A DNA stretch of 64,000 bases from Promethearchaeota archaeon. Lineage in GTDB: Archaea; Asgardarchaeota; Lokiarchaeia; Sigyniarchaeales; SOKP01. Shown piece by piece: positions 19,909-29,510 of the stretch (positions are counted from its first letter, which is position 1; every line of letters begins with the position of its first letter). Made by a program: the position numbers and the translations under genes. The stretch spans positions 128,001 through 192,000 of the forward strand of contig JAHPZI010000028.1 in the NCBI GenBank assembly GCA_019058295.1, written 5' to 3'. The notes under the pieces were generated by a model. That model made no database searches. It saw nothing but the letters and a program-made list of their open reading frames with translations, and was not told the origin of the DNA.

Positions 19909-21229
19909 TTATTTTTTTTAATTTTTCAGTTGCTAAATTCATTTCTTTATAAGTTTCTTTAAGATTATTCAGTTCTGTGTTCAATTTTTCAATTTCATTT
20001 GTAATATTCTGCTCTAAAGATGATATATCCGTTGATATGATATTCTCTATTTTATTAGAGAAATTTTCTGTCTCGTTTGAGACTTCTGTGATGTTTTCTG
20101 AGGTCTTGTTCACTGATTCTTCCAACTTAAAGGTTAAACTGCTAGAATTGCTAATTTTATCTGAAAGGTCTTTTAAATTATTTTCTATGTGATTCATAAT
20201 ATTCTTAAAGTTTGTTTCTACGAGGTTATTTAAATCGTTCAAAATCTCGTCTTTAGATGAAGATAATTGGGTTATTAAATCTCTTTGGGCGTCAATCCGA
20301 ATATCTAAATACATAGATATATTTTCCTTAAAGTTTTCAGCAATTTCATCTAAATTTCTTTTAAACCAGTTTGCTACATTGGAAATTCCGTCAGAGATTT
20401 TACCTTTCATATTACTCGTTGAATTTTTCAGAAGCTCAGATCCGGTTAATGCCCCATCTCTAATATCTTTAGTCCAGGTACCTAATTGATGTTCAAATTG
20501 ATCCATAAATAAATCTGCAAATTTTGAAGTTCCTTCTTGAAATCCTGAAATTATTGGTCCTAGGGCGAGTATAGGTTCTTTTGACATAGGGATCTCTTGG
20601 AGATCATCAAGAGGAGATTCCGCCAATTCATTAATTTCTCTGATTAGGATTGGTGCTTTTTTCTGAGTATCTTCAACTAATTTTTGAACCCATTTAAAAT
20701 AGTCAAGAGTGCTTGGAAATTCCAACTCGTATTCAACTTTATGATATTCATTATTTTTATCGTCGGAAGAATCATTTAATCTATAAATTTCAAAACCTAA
20801 ATTCCCTTCTTTACCCATTAAAGTGTGATCGAAAACAACATAAAAACCATAGGGTTTTTGTTCATTCTGGAAAAAGGAATGGTGGGTTTTGATTGCTGAA
20901 TCAGAAAAAAATAGCCCCCATCCTGGGTGGGATGAGTACCAACCTACTATATTCATTTTTTTGCTAGCATATCTATTTTCAATTTCAGAAAAAGTATTAT
21001 AATCATCTGAATTAAAACCTATTGATATTTTTTTTCCATGAGTGATAGGTATGGCATTAATAAGATCAATATCTTTATCGTTTAATTTACCAATGCAAAT
21101 TCCCATCACCTCAACACTTTCGTCTAATGCTTCATTTCCAAATCTTAAAACATGCGTTATCATGTTTCTAAACGCCTCTTTTTTAATTTTTATCTTTCCT
21201 TCTCCTGAATTTTCTTTTTGTGTCGGCAT
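19898..21229 (-). CDS. Inactive MPN (MPN-) domain plus long coiled-coil/helical tail
   Basis: EVMGICIG...VGWYSSHPGWGLFFSDSA: first Zn-ligand His replaced by Ser, Asp replaced by Ala; heptad-rich C-terminus. Confidence 0.85.
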   Translation of the reverse strand: MPTQKENSGEGKIKIKKEAFRNMITHVLRFGNEALDESVEVMGICIGKLNDKDIDLINAIPITHGKKISIGFNSDDYNTFSEIENRYASKKMNIVGWYSSHPGWGLFFSDSAIKTHHSFFQNEQKPYGFYVVFDHTLMGKEGNLGFEIYRLNDSSDDKNNEYHKVEYELEFPSTLDYFKWVQKLVEDTQKKAPILIREINELAESPLDDLQEIPMSKEPILALGPIISGFQEGTSKFADLFMDQFEHQLGTWTKDIRDGALTGSELLKNSTSNMKGKISDGISNVANWFKRNLDEIAENFKENISMYLDIRIDAQRDLITQLSSSKDEILNDLNNLVETNFKNIMNHIENNLKDLSDKISNSSSLTFKLEESVNKTSENITEVSNETENFSNKIENIISTDISSLEQNITNEIEKLNTELNNLKETYKEMNLATEKLKKIIKS

Positions 21230-21234
21230 TTTAG

Positions 21235-22689
21235 TTATTCACCCCCTCCTTCTAGATTTTTAATTTTATTTAATAAATCCTCCTTCTGAGACTCCATTTC
21301 TTTTAATTTATCATTTAAAGATTTAAAAGTGGCTTCAATTTCAGATGATGATGAATCATAATTCGATAAAAATTCTTGTGTTTCATTACGGTAATCAGTA
21401 AATTTATTTAATATATTAGCTATTTTTTCTTTTAAATTGCTTTCAATTTTTCCACAAAATCCCCTTAATTTTTCTGAAGTTAACCTTTCTAAAGATTTAG
21501 TCTTTTCAGATATTTTTTCTAAAGATAATCTTTGTTGAGCTAAACTTTCTGAAGAGAGTTTATTTTTTTGATTAATTTCTGTCAATTTATTTGAATTTTC
21601 AGCGAAATTTTCACTAATTTTATTTAATAAACCATTGACGTTTTGTTCAAATAATTCATTTATCTGTGTAGGGAGTTCTTCTTTTAATTTTTCAATAAAA
21701 TTTTTTGCAATTTCATTGTTTTTATCAAAATTTTCAAACTGATCACCTATATAGGTCTCAAGATCATCTAGCTTATATTTTAATGAGAATTTAAAATTAT
21801 TCTGAAGCTTATCAATTCCTTTCCTTAAATCATCTTTTAAATCAACTAAATCATCTCTAATTTGAATATTATTTTCCATTATATTTTTTATAATCTCTTG
21901 GCTCCAAGAGTTTAAAAAATTTATTAGTGGTTCAATAGATAATTGTAAAAATTGCGAAATTCCATTATGTAAAGCTGAGAGAATATCTTCTAAATTTAAT
22001 TGGGGCTTAGCCGCTAATAATTCCCTTTTGCTTGGAAAGAAAATCTCGCCGAAAAGATCAGGGGTTTCGTTAATCTCCAAAATTGGGGGTTCTTTTGAGT
22101 GAATACAATTAATTAATTCCATTATTTTAAAGTAATAATCTATACTGTCAGGAGGTTCTACAATAGTTTCTACCTCATGATAATCTGATTTTTGACCCTT
22201 GGACGGATCATCAAGTCTAAAAGTTCTAAAACCTAAATCTCCCTGATTTTCTAAAAAAGTATGATCAAAAACTATGCCTATAGCGCTAGGATTTGGAGTT
22301 TGCCAACCCAGCTGATTTATTTTGTCTACTCCCGAGAAAAAAATGTTTAACCCAGGATGTGAATGGAACCAACCAACACTGAAAAGCCCCTTATCAGCGT
22401 ATTTTTCATCTATTAGAGCAAAAGACACATAATCTTCAGGAGCAAAAGCAACCTCAATCGAACCGCCATGCGAAATTGGCACAGCATCTTCAACAATTAT
22501 ATTTTTAATGCCCCTTTTATTTGGTTCACCTTCAAGGCGTCCAATAAGTATTCCCATTACTTCCTTGTATTGTCTCTGATCTCTTACTCTATTACCAAAT
22601 CGCAATATATGGACGAGCATTTTGTAATAGGCAAGTGGTTTGATAAGGACGGACCTATCGCTCTCTTGATGACGTTTACTCAAATTCAT
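21235..22689 (-). CDS. JAMM/MPN+ metalloprotease plus long coiled-coil/helical tail
   Basis: EVMGILIG...VGWFHSHPGLNIFFSGVD is an intact E-HxH-x7-S-x2-D motif. Confidence 0.9.
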   Translation of the reverse strand: MNLSKRHQESDRSVLIKPLAYYKMLVHILRFGNRVRDQRQYKEVMGILIGRLEGEPNKRGIKNIIVEDAVPISHGGSIEVAFAPEDYVSFALIDEKYADKGLFSVGWFHSHPGLNIFFSGVDKINQLGWQTPNPSAIGIVFDHTFLENQGDLGFRTFRLDDPSKGQKSDYHEVETIVEPPDSIDYYFKIMELINCIHSKEPPILEINETPDLFGEIFFPSKRELLAAKPQLNLEDILSALHNGISQFLQLSIEPLINFLNSWSQEIIKNIMENNIQIRDDLVDLKDDLRKGIDKLQNNFKFSLKYKLDDLETYIGDQFENFDKNNEIAKNFIEKLKEELPTQINELFEQNVNGLLNKISENFAENSNKLTEINQKNKLSSESLAQQRLSLEKISEKTKSLERLTSEKLRGFCGKIESNLKEKIANILNKFTDYRNETQEFLSNYDSSSSEIEATFKSLNDKLKEMESQKEDLLNKIKNLEGGGE

Positions 22690-22795
22690 TCACTTTTTTT
22701 TAAAATTTAGATTTGTTAATTCTTATTATTAATATAATTTAACGATTTTAAAATACTATTTATAGAATAAAAAAGAGTAAAATTTTTCCTAAATA

Positions 22796-23524
22796 TTAAT
22801 GCTTATGAGGTATTTCGCGACCGCAGTCTGGACAATATTTAGGAATCAAATTTTTACCGCAATAAGGGCAAAATTCTGATGATTTTTCACTAACTTCCTC
22901 TGTCGAAACTACAGCAGATGATTTTTCACTAACTTTTTCTGTCGAAACTTCAGCAGATGCAGGAGTTTCTTGAGGAGTACCTCCTGGAATTGAAGGTAAT
23001 TTTCTTTTTGTTTTTATAGTAGATGAAGCAGATGCCTGTTCTTCTTTTGCTCTTTCAGCAGCCACTCTTTCTTTAAATGCTTTTCGCTGTTCTTCTAACT
23101 TCTCCTCTTGAGTTTGTTCACCTTCTTGTTTCACCCAACCAGGACCCTTAAAAGCACCTTTGATCTCACTTTGAGGTACTTTTTCTAATTCAACTTTTTT
23201 CGTTTCAGCAACAGGTGCAACAGCTCTTTTTTCTTGTTTTTTACTAATTGCTTGTTTTATTAACGCTTGAGTTGTTTTCATAATTTGGTGTGGGTTTATA
23301 TTTGGTAGCGTAATAGTTCGTAGGACCCAGCCAACAATATAATTCTGATTTGGAAAGTCTCCATCTCCCATTTCAGCATCTTTATATACATAAGAATCGA
23401 TTACGTCCTTACCTTTAAGAAGGCGAGACGCCCAGCGTTTATTTATAAGTCCCAGTTGTAATCGATAAGAAGTACCTGAAATTCCCAACTGGGATGATAA
23501 GGGGATGAAACCTTGTTCTGTAAT
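22796..23524 (-). CDS. Hypothetical protein: globular N-domain, low-complexity linker, C-terminal Zn-ribbon; start extended to ATT 23524 (ORF track: TTG 23488)
   Basis: CPYCG...CPDCG; SD AAGGTGA 6 nt before in-frame ATT-ACA-GAA-CAA. Confidence 0.75.
   Translation of the reverse strand: MTEQGFIPLSSQLGISGTSYRLQLGLINKRWASRLLKGKDVIDSYVYKDAEMGDGDFPNQNYIVGWVLRTITLPNINPHQIMKTTQALIKQAISKKQEKRAVAPVAETKKVELEKVPQSEIKGAFKGPGWVKQEGEQTQEEKLEEQRKAFKERVAAERAKEEQASASSTIKTKRKLPSIPGGTPQETPASAEVSTEKVSEKSSAVVSTEEVSEKSSEFCPYCGKNLIPKYCPDCGREIPHKH
22878..22955. repeat. 39-bp in-frame tandem duplication
   Basis: gatgatttttcactaactt...gtcgaaact.cagca twice, encoding SAEVSTEKVSEKS / SAVVSTEEVSEKS. Confidence 0.9.
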
Positions 23525-23686
23525 GATATTTCACCTTATTATTATTGTAATATTTTGATTATGATTATTATAATAATTATAATTTTACTAATTTATAATT
23601 TTATATGCAAGAAAAAGCATAAATAGAAAAAGTTTTATTATGAATCAACAAGCTTAAAAATATAATAAAAAAACTCATAATAAAAA

Positions 23687-24643
23687 ATGACTGTAATTAT
23701 CCCAAAAAAAGCTTATTTAACTATCGTAGCAGCGTCTGTTAGATTTGCAAATCCTAAGATTCCCTTTGACGATTGGTTAGAAATATATGGTATTTTTACG
23801 GGAAAATCTTCCAAGAATGGTAAGGATTTAATAATTACTGAAGCATATAATATAACACACCAAGTAAAAAGGGAAGAGGATATAATAGACAAGGTATATT
23901 GGTCTGATGAAGATTATATCTCATTTAGTATGATTGATGACGATGCTTTTTCAAGAGGCGAATATACAGTAGGATGGTACCATTCTCATCCTGGTCACAG
24001 AGTAATGATGACTAGTTTAGATATTCGCACTACAGCAACTTATCAACAATATAATCCTCTTGCAGTTTCTCTTGTATTTAATCCACAACGATTAACCAGA
24101 CAAATTGAAGTTCCAGCAAGAAAAGGAGATCCCGAACTAAGATTGGATTGCGATCCCGGTTTTAAAATTTTTAGATTGGGCAATCCTGAAGATGTTGATT
24201 CAAATTACCATGAAGTATATGATTATAAGATTGATGGATTTGAAAGTGAAGAGCAATTAGTAGAATATGCTAAAAAGTTCGCTATAGAAATAACAGATTT
24301 ATTTCCTAAAGATAATGTTGTTGAATCATATAATAATTACGTCAATGATAAATTAAGACAATTAAACTCATTATTGATGGGAACTGAAGATTATTTGAAA
24401 TCATTAGCTCGAAAAGATGAAAAAAGTAGGATCCCTGAAGTGTTAGAAAATCAAAAAAAAGAGATTAATAAATTTGTAGCAGAAACATATGTTAAAATAG
24501 AAAATATGAAAGAATTCCTTGATTATCTCGAATATAAAGAAAAAGATGTTATCATTCCAAAAGTTAAGGACGTCTTATCCAATTGGGATGAAAATATAGC
24601 TAATTTAGATAAGAAATTAGATGAATTATCAAAAAAATTCTAA
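23687..24643 (+). CDS. JAMM/MPN protein with helical C-terminal tail (HSH-x7-T-x2-D variant)
   Basis: WLEIYGIFTG...VGWYHSHPGHRVMMTSLD; shares GFxxFRL...YHEV with the two MPN proteins on the other strand. Confidence 0.85.
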   Translation: MTVIIPKKAYLTIVAASVRFANPKIPFDDWLEIYGIFTGKSSKNGKDLIITEAYNITHQVKREEDIIDKVYWSDEDYISFSMIDDDAFSRGEYTVGWYHSHPGHRVMMTSLDIRTTATYQQYNPLAVSLVFNPQRLTRQIEVPARKGDPELRLDCDPGFKIFRLGNPEDVDSNYHEVYDYKIDGFESEEQLVEYAKKFAIEITDLFPKDNVVESYNNYVNDKLRQLNSLLMGTEDYLKSLARKDEKSRIPEVLENQKKEINKFVAETYVKIENMKEFLDYLEYKEKDVIIPKVKDVLSNWDENIANLDKKLDELSKKF

Positions 24644-24767
24644 ATTACTTAAAATCAGTTTTTTATTCTCAAAATCAGTAGTTTCTAACTTTAAAAAATC
24701 ATAATAATATTTTTAATAATTGGTTTGTACCAAAAATCTTTTAATTCCTTTTATTTTACTACTTACA

Positions 24768-26978
24768 ATGAAAAAGATTAATTTTCCCTTCACAGCGATA
24801 TTAGGACAAGATAAAATGAAGATGGGTTTAATTTTAAACGTTATAGACCCACAAATAGGAGGAGTTCTTTTAACAGGACATCAAGGGACGGGTAAGTCTA
24901 CGGCTGTAAGGTCTTTAGTAGAAGTTATGCCAAAAATAGAAGTTATCGAAGATTGCCAATTTTCTTGTGATCCAGCATCAAATATTGATGATCTTTGTGC
25001 TTCTTGCCGCCAGAAAAAAAAGGAAGATAAATTAAAAACTTATGTACGCAATATGAGAATCGTTAATCTTCCTCTTGGTGTAACAGAAGATATGGTATGT
25101 GGGAGTTTATCAATTGATAAAGTTCTTACAGAAGGAACTTCTGAACTTCATTCAGGCTTATTAGCTAAAGCTAATCGTGGTATTTTATATGTTGATGAAA
25201 TAAATCTTTTACAAGACCATATAGTTGACGTTCTGTTGGATGCCGCAGCGTCAGGGATCAATATAATAGAGCGCGAGGGAATATCAGTTTCTCATCCATC
25301 TCGATTTGTTTTAGTAGGTTCGATGAACCCTGAAGAAGGGGAATTAAGACCACAGATCGCAGATAGGTTAGGTTTAGAAGTTAAAATAAAGGCACCGAGA
25401 GATCCTACATTGCGGGCCGAAATTACGAAAAGAGTAATAGAATTTGACGATAATCCAAAGGATTTTATTGAGAAATATGAAGAAGAGCAAGAAAAATTAA
25501 GGCAAAAAATACTTAATGCGAGAAAGATCATTAGTACGGTTGAAATTCCAGCGCGTATTTACGAATTAGTATCGAAAATTGTTAATGATCTTGGAATTTT
25601 TTCACAAAGAGCAGATATTACATTCATTAGATGTGCTAGGGCGAACGCTGCTTTAAATGGTAGACAGAGGATTGAACAAGAGGATCTCAATGTTGCAATG
25701 GATTTAGTATTCGAACATCGAATAGCGTCATTACATTATGAAATGACACCTAATGAAATAAAAGCGAAAATTGCCGAAGTTTATGGAAAAATTGAAGAAG
25801 CTATTGAAGATCCAGAAGTATATAAATCAAATCCCGAGACTGAAGGACCTTTAAAGCACGATGATACTCCTCAAGAAGAATTTAAGCGACAATCTATTGA
25901 TCCTGATAAAGTGGATGTTGGGGAAACAAAAGAACAAAAATACCCTCCTCCTAAATATCCAGATAAGAAAAAGAGAAAAGCAAAACCAGCAGGAGGTTGG
26001 AAAGTTAAAGATATACCGTTTGAAGAAGCGGATGATTTTAATTTATCAGATGATGATTTTGATATAACATCATTTATTTATAGAATGGAAAAGAAAATGA
26101 CTTCTATTTTAGATAATATTCGCAGAGAACGTAGAGTTTCTGATTATGGAGGTCGGGGAATTGGTCGTAGAATTAAAATAGCATCGTCTCAAAAAGGAAG
26201 GTATGTATCATATCGGACTCCTAGAGGTCAGCGACCAAAAAGTATAGCTTTAGATGCGACAATTAGGAACTACTTAAAAAATATTGTGTACAATCAAACG
26301 GAAATTAGCTTTCCAATTCGATTTAATAAATATGATTTAATGGATAAAATCTATGAATATCGAGCACCATTAGCGCTATTTTTTGTTCTTGACAGTTCTG
26401 CGTCTATGTACTATGTTATTAAACAAATGACTGATGTTATTTTATCTTTACAAAAGGAAGGATATAGAAAAAGAGATAAAATTTGCCTTATAATCTTTAG
26501 AGGCAAAGAGGCAGTTGTCTTGCAGAAACCGACTGTCATTTTTAAATATGCTTTAAATAAATTAAAAAAAATAGAGGGAAAATCATATACACCAATGGCA
26601 GCTGCCTTAAGGAAAGTTATGGATTTAATAAAGGCAGAGAAAATGAAAAATAAAAATATTGTTCCTGTAATTTTTATTTGTTCAGACTGTGGTGCTAATA
26701 TTTCTGCGAAATATCCTGAGTTAATTGCTCAAATTGAAAGTGATTATGCTATAATTATTCAGGAATTAAAAGAATTGACCAAAAAGCTTTCAAAACAAAA
26801 AGTTCATATAGTTGTGTTAGAACCAAAAAAATCATACGCAACGCAGGCACTAGGTGTACATCCATATTCTGCTGATAAAATTAAGAAAAATTTCAAAAGG
26901 TATGGAGGAGCTGAGATATATAAATTTGATCGATATAATCCTTCATCGCTAATTTTAGAATTAAAAAAGATTCTTTAA
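24768..26978 (+). CDS. AAA+ ATPase-VWA fusion of the Mg/Co-chelatase ChlI/ChlD family (ORF track start 24720)
   Basis: FPFTAILGQ, GHQGTGKST, GLLAKANRGILYVDEINLL, NPEEGELRPQ; VWA MIDAS DSSAS...TP...SD. Confidence 0.9.
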   Translation: MKKINFPFTAILGQDKMKMGLILNVIDPQIGGVLLTGHQGTGKSTAVRSLVEVMPKIEVIEDCQFSCDPASNIDDLCASCRQKKKEDKLKTYVRNMRIVNLPLGVTEDMVCGSLSIDKVLTEGTSELHSGLLAKANRGILYVDEINLLQDHIVDVLLDAAASGINIIEREGISVSHPSRFVLVGSMNPEEGELRPQIADRLGLEVKIKAPRDPTLRAEITKRVIEFDDNPKDFIEKYEEEQEKLRQKILNARKIISTVEIPARIYELVSKIVNDLGIFSQRADITFIRCARANAALNGRQRIEQEDLNVAMDLVFEHRIASLHYEMTPNEIKAKIAEVYGKIEEAIEDPEVYKSNPETEGPLKHDDTPQEEFKRQSIDPDKVDVGETKEQKYPPPKYPDKKKRKAKPAGGWKVKDIPFEEADDFNLSDDDFDITSFIYRMEKKMTSILDNIRRERRVSDYGGRGIGRRIKIASSQKGRYVSYRTPRGQRPKSIALDATIRNYLKNIVYNQTEISFPIRFNKYDLMDKIYEYRAPLALFFVLDSSASMYYVIKQMTDVILSLQKEGYRKRDKICLIIFRGKEAVVLQKPTVIFKYALNKLKKIEGKSYTPMAAALRKVMDLIKAEKMKNKNIVPVIFICSDCGANISAKYPELIAQIESDYAIIIQELKELTKKLSKQKVHIVVLEPKKSYATQALGVHPYSADKIKKNFKRYGGAEIYKFDRYNPSSLILELKKIL

Positions 26979-27044
26979 TGATATATCTCGTTTCTAATAT
27001 TTATTCTTTTAATCCTAATTTTAAGGTAATTTATTTAATTTTTT

Positions 27045-27989
27045 TTATTGTTTTTTTGCAAACTCTAAAGCTTTTTCGGTAGCCTCATTTAATAATTTTA
27101 GATGTCTTTTTCCGAATGATATTAATATTTTTCTATAAAGTCCAGGAATGAATCCTCGTAAAAACTGCATTGCTCTTCCATAGCGTCTCTCAAAAATATA
27201 AAGTTTTTTCTTTTTAATCTTTTTAATAAAACGTTTTACAGCTCGCTCTACGGGAAATCCCCCAGCAAAACCATGAGATAATCCTTGCTTTTTAGTGAAT
27301 TCTTCCCAATAATGACTTTTCCCTATTTTAAGTGCTTCTTGCATATCATCAGCATTAATTCCTTCCAATTTTTCAGGGGATATTCCAAATCCAACTGAAT
27401 CAATTAAATTTGTTCTAATTGGAAAAGGACAAATCACAGACACGTCAATTCCTCTATGACTATATTCACTATAGAGTGATTCACAAAATCCTGCATTAGC
27501 AAATTTTGATGTATTATATGGATTTAAGCCACCAACGCCTAAACTTCCCGCAATTGAAGCAGTCACGATAATATGACCAAATTTTTGTTCTAAAAATTTA
27601 GATATAAACGCTTTTACTACATAATACATGCCAAATAAATTGACATTTATAGTTTTCTCCCATTGGGCTTGAGTTATATCCTCAAATGGCCCTCCAGTAG
27701 CAATACCTGCGTTAGAAAATAAAAAATATATCTCTCCTAATTCTTTAATTGAAATTTTAGCTAAATTTCTTACTTGGGAATTTTTTGTCACATCACAATT
27801 AACTGAGATTACCTTTATAGGAAATTCTTCTAATTCTTTTCTTAGTAATTCTAACTTTTCCATATTGATATCAGAGATTACAAGATTACATCCATATTTT
27901 GCTAAGTTTAAAGCAAATTCTCGTCCAATACCACTGGCAGCTCCTGTTATAACAGCACTTTTTCCTTTAAAAAACTTCTTGCTTTTCAT
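27045..27989 (-). CDS. Short-chain dehydrogenase/reductase
   Basis: TGAASGIG, SNAG, YNTSK. Confidence 0.92.
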   Translation of the reverse strand: MKSKKFFKGKSAVITGAASGIGREFALNLAKYGCNLVISDINMEKLELLRKELEEFPIKVISVNCDVTKNSQVRNLAKISIKELGEIYFLFSNAGIATGGPFEDITQAQWEKTINVNLFGMYYVVKAFISKFLEQKFGHIIVTASIAGSLGVGGLNPYNTSKFANAGFCESLYSEYSHRGIDVSVICPFPIRTNLIDSVGFGISPEKLEGINADDMQEALKIGKSHYWEEFTKKQGLSHGFAGGFPVERAVKRFIKKIKKKKLYIFERRYGRAMQFLRGFIPGLYRKILISFGKRHLKLLNEATEKALEFAKKQ

Positions 27990-28097
27990 TATTTTAATTC
28001 ACTTGCTATTTCTAACAATAAATTATAGAATTAAGGAGAATTTAATTAAATTAGCATAATAAATATTTCTTTAAATTCTCTATCTATTATTTTATTA

Positions 28098-29342
28098 ATG
28101 GCTAAAAATTCACGATCCGTATTAGTCGTAGGATTCAATACTCGCCCTCTCACTTATTCTTTAAATAAGGCAGGATATGAGGTATATGCAGTTGATTTTT
28201 TTGGCGATTTAGACTTATATCCAAATGTAAAAGATTGCCTAATCGTAATAAAAGAATTAGAAACTAATTATGATCTTTTAAGAAATAAGTATAGTATTTT
28301 TTTAGCTAATTTGACAATCGAGATATTACAAAAATATCCAAATATAGAATATTTAATAATAGGGAGTGGTCTAGATGATGCTTTTGAGGAAAGGGAGGTG
28401 ATTTTAAAGGAAATAAAAAAATATCAATATTCTATAAAAAATTTAAATAACTCTATAGAATCAATTAAAAAAGCCAGAAATATCGAAATTGTGTATAATA
28501 TTCTGTCATCAAAAGGATATAAAATCCCCCTTACCCTCCCGTATGAAAAACTCAAATCAAAAGAAAATGTGTTGAGATATCCGTTTATTGTAAAGAAAAA
28601 AACGGGAGCCGGAGGTATTAACGTTTATAAAATGGAAAATAAAAGCAGTTTATCCTCCTTTTTACATACACAAGAGGCGAAAGGTTTTAAAGCATCAGAG
28701 TGGCTAATTCAAGAATTCAAAGAAGGTATCCCGGTTAGTTGTACAACAATTTCAAATGGAGAAGAATGCGAAGTGATTTCTATCAATAGACAAATTATTG
28801 GTTTAAAATTTCTAAATCCTCCTAAAGAATTTATGTATTGTGGCAATATTGTTCCTGCTTATTTATTTAAAGAAGATGAGGAATTAATTTCTGAAATTTC
28901 AATAATTTTAACTAAAGAACTCGGATTAAAAGGGATTAATGGATTTGATTATGTGTTAAAAAATCATTATCCTTATCTAATGGAGATTAATCCAAGAATT
29001 CCCGGTTCAATTAATGTTTCGGGAGCTGTCCTTGATCTAAACTTATTGGATTTGTATATTAAAAGTTTTGATGGAAGTAAATGGGACTATATTAAAAAAA
29101 AACTTAATTTAACTCAATCTCAAGGATTTGCAACCAAATTAATTATGTTTGCTCCTAAAGAAATATATAGAGATAAAATACAACAAATAAATCAATTTGA
29201 AAACATACACGATAAAACTGAGCCAAAAATTATATCTAAAGGTGAACCTATATGTACAATATTATATAAAGATAAGAACTTTTCAAGATCTTTTTTTGGA
29301 GCCTTAAAAATTGCGGATGAAATAAAGAAAATCATTGGTTAA
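28098..29342 (+). CDS. ATP-grasp ligase (COG2232-like)
   Basis: VVGFNTRP...VDFFGDLD, GAGG loop, IQEFKEG, GINGFDY, EINPR. Confidence 0.85.
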   Translation: MAKNSRSVLVVGFNTRPLTYSLNKAGYEVYAVDFFGDLDLYPNVKDCLIVIKELETNYDLLRNKYSIFLANLTIEILQKYPNIEYLIIGSGLDDAFEEREVILKEIKKYQYSIKNLNNSIESIKKARNIEIVYNILSSKGYKIPLTLPYEKLKSKENVLRYPFIVKKKTGAGGINVYKMENKSSLSSFLHTQEAKGFKASEWLIQEFKEGIPVSCTTISNGEECEVISINRQIIGLKFLNPPKEFMYCGNIVPAYLFKEDEELISEISIILTKELGLKGINGFDYVLKNHYPYLMEINPRIPGSINVSGAVLDLNLLDLYIKSFDGSKWDYIKKKLNLTQSQGFATKLIMFAPKEIYRDKIQQINQFENIHDKTEPKIISKGEPICTILYKDKNFSRSFFGALKIADEIKKIIG

Positions 29343-29510
29343 TAGAGTAATTAAAAGGATATTCATAATAAAAAAATTATTAGACTAATTAAAATATACA
29401 AATAGGCTATTAAGATCTTTTTTCTCAATAGTAATACTAAAAATTAAATTTTAATAAGAATTGAATATATATAATTTAGAGAAAAAAAGTTATTTTCAAA
29501 AAACCTAATC

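Noticed and set aside
24768-26978. Evidence for chlorophyll synthesis
   Set aside because: ChlI/ChlD-family ATPases are widespread in non-phototrophic archaea, and no other pathway genes are present.
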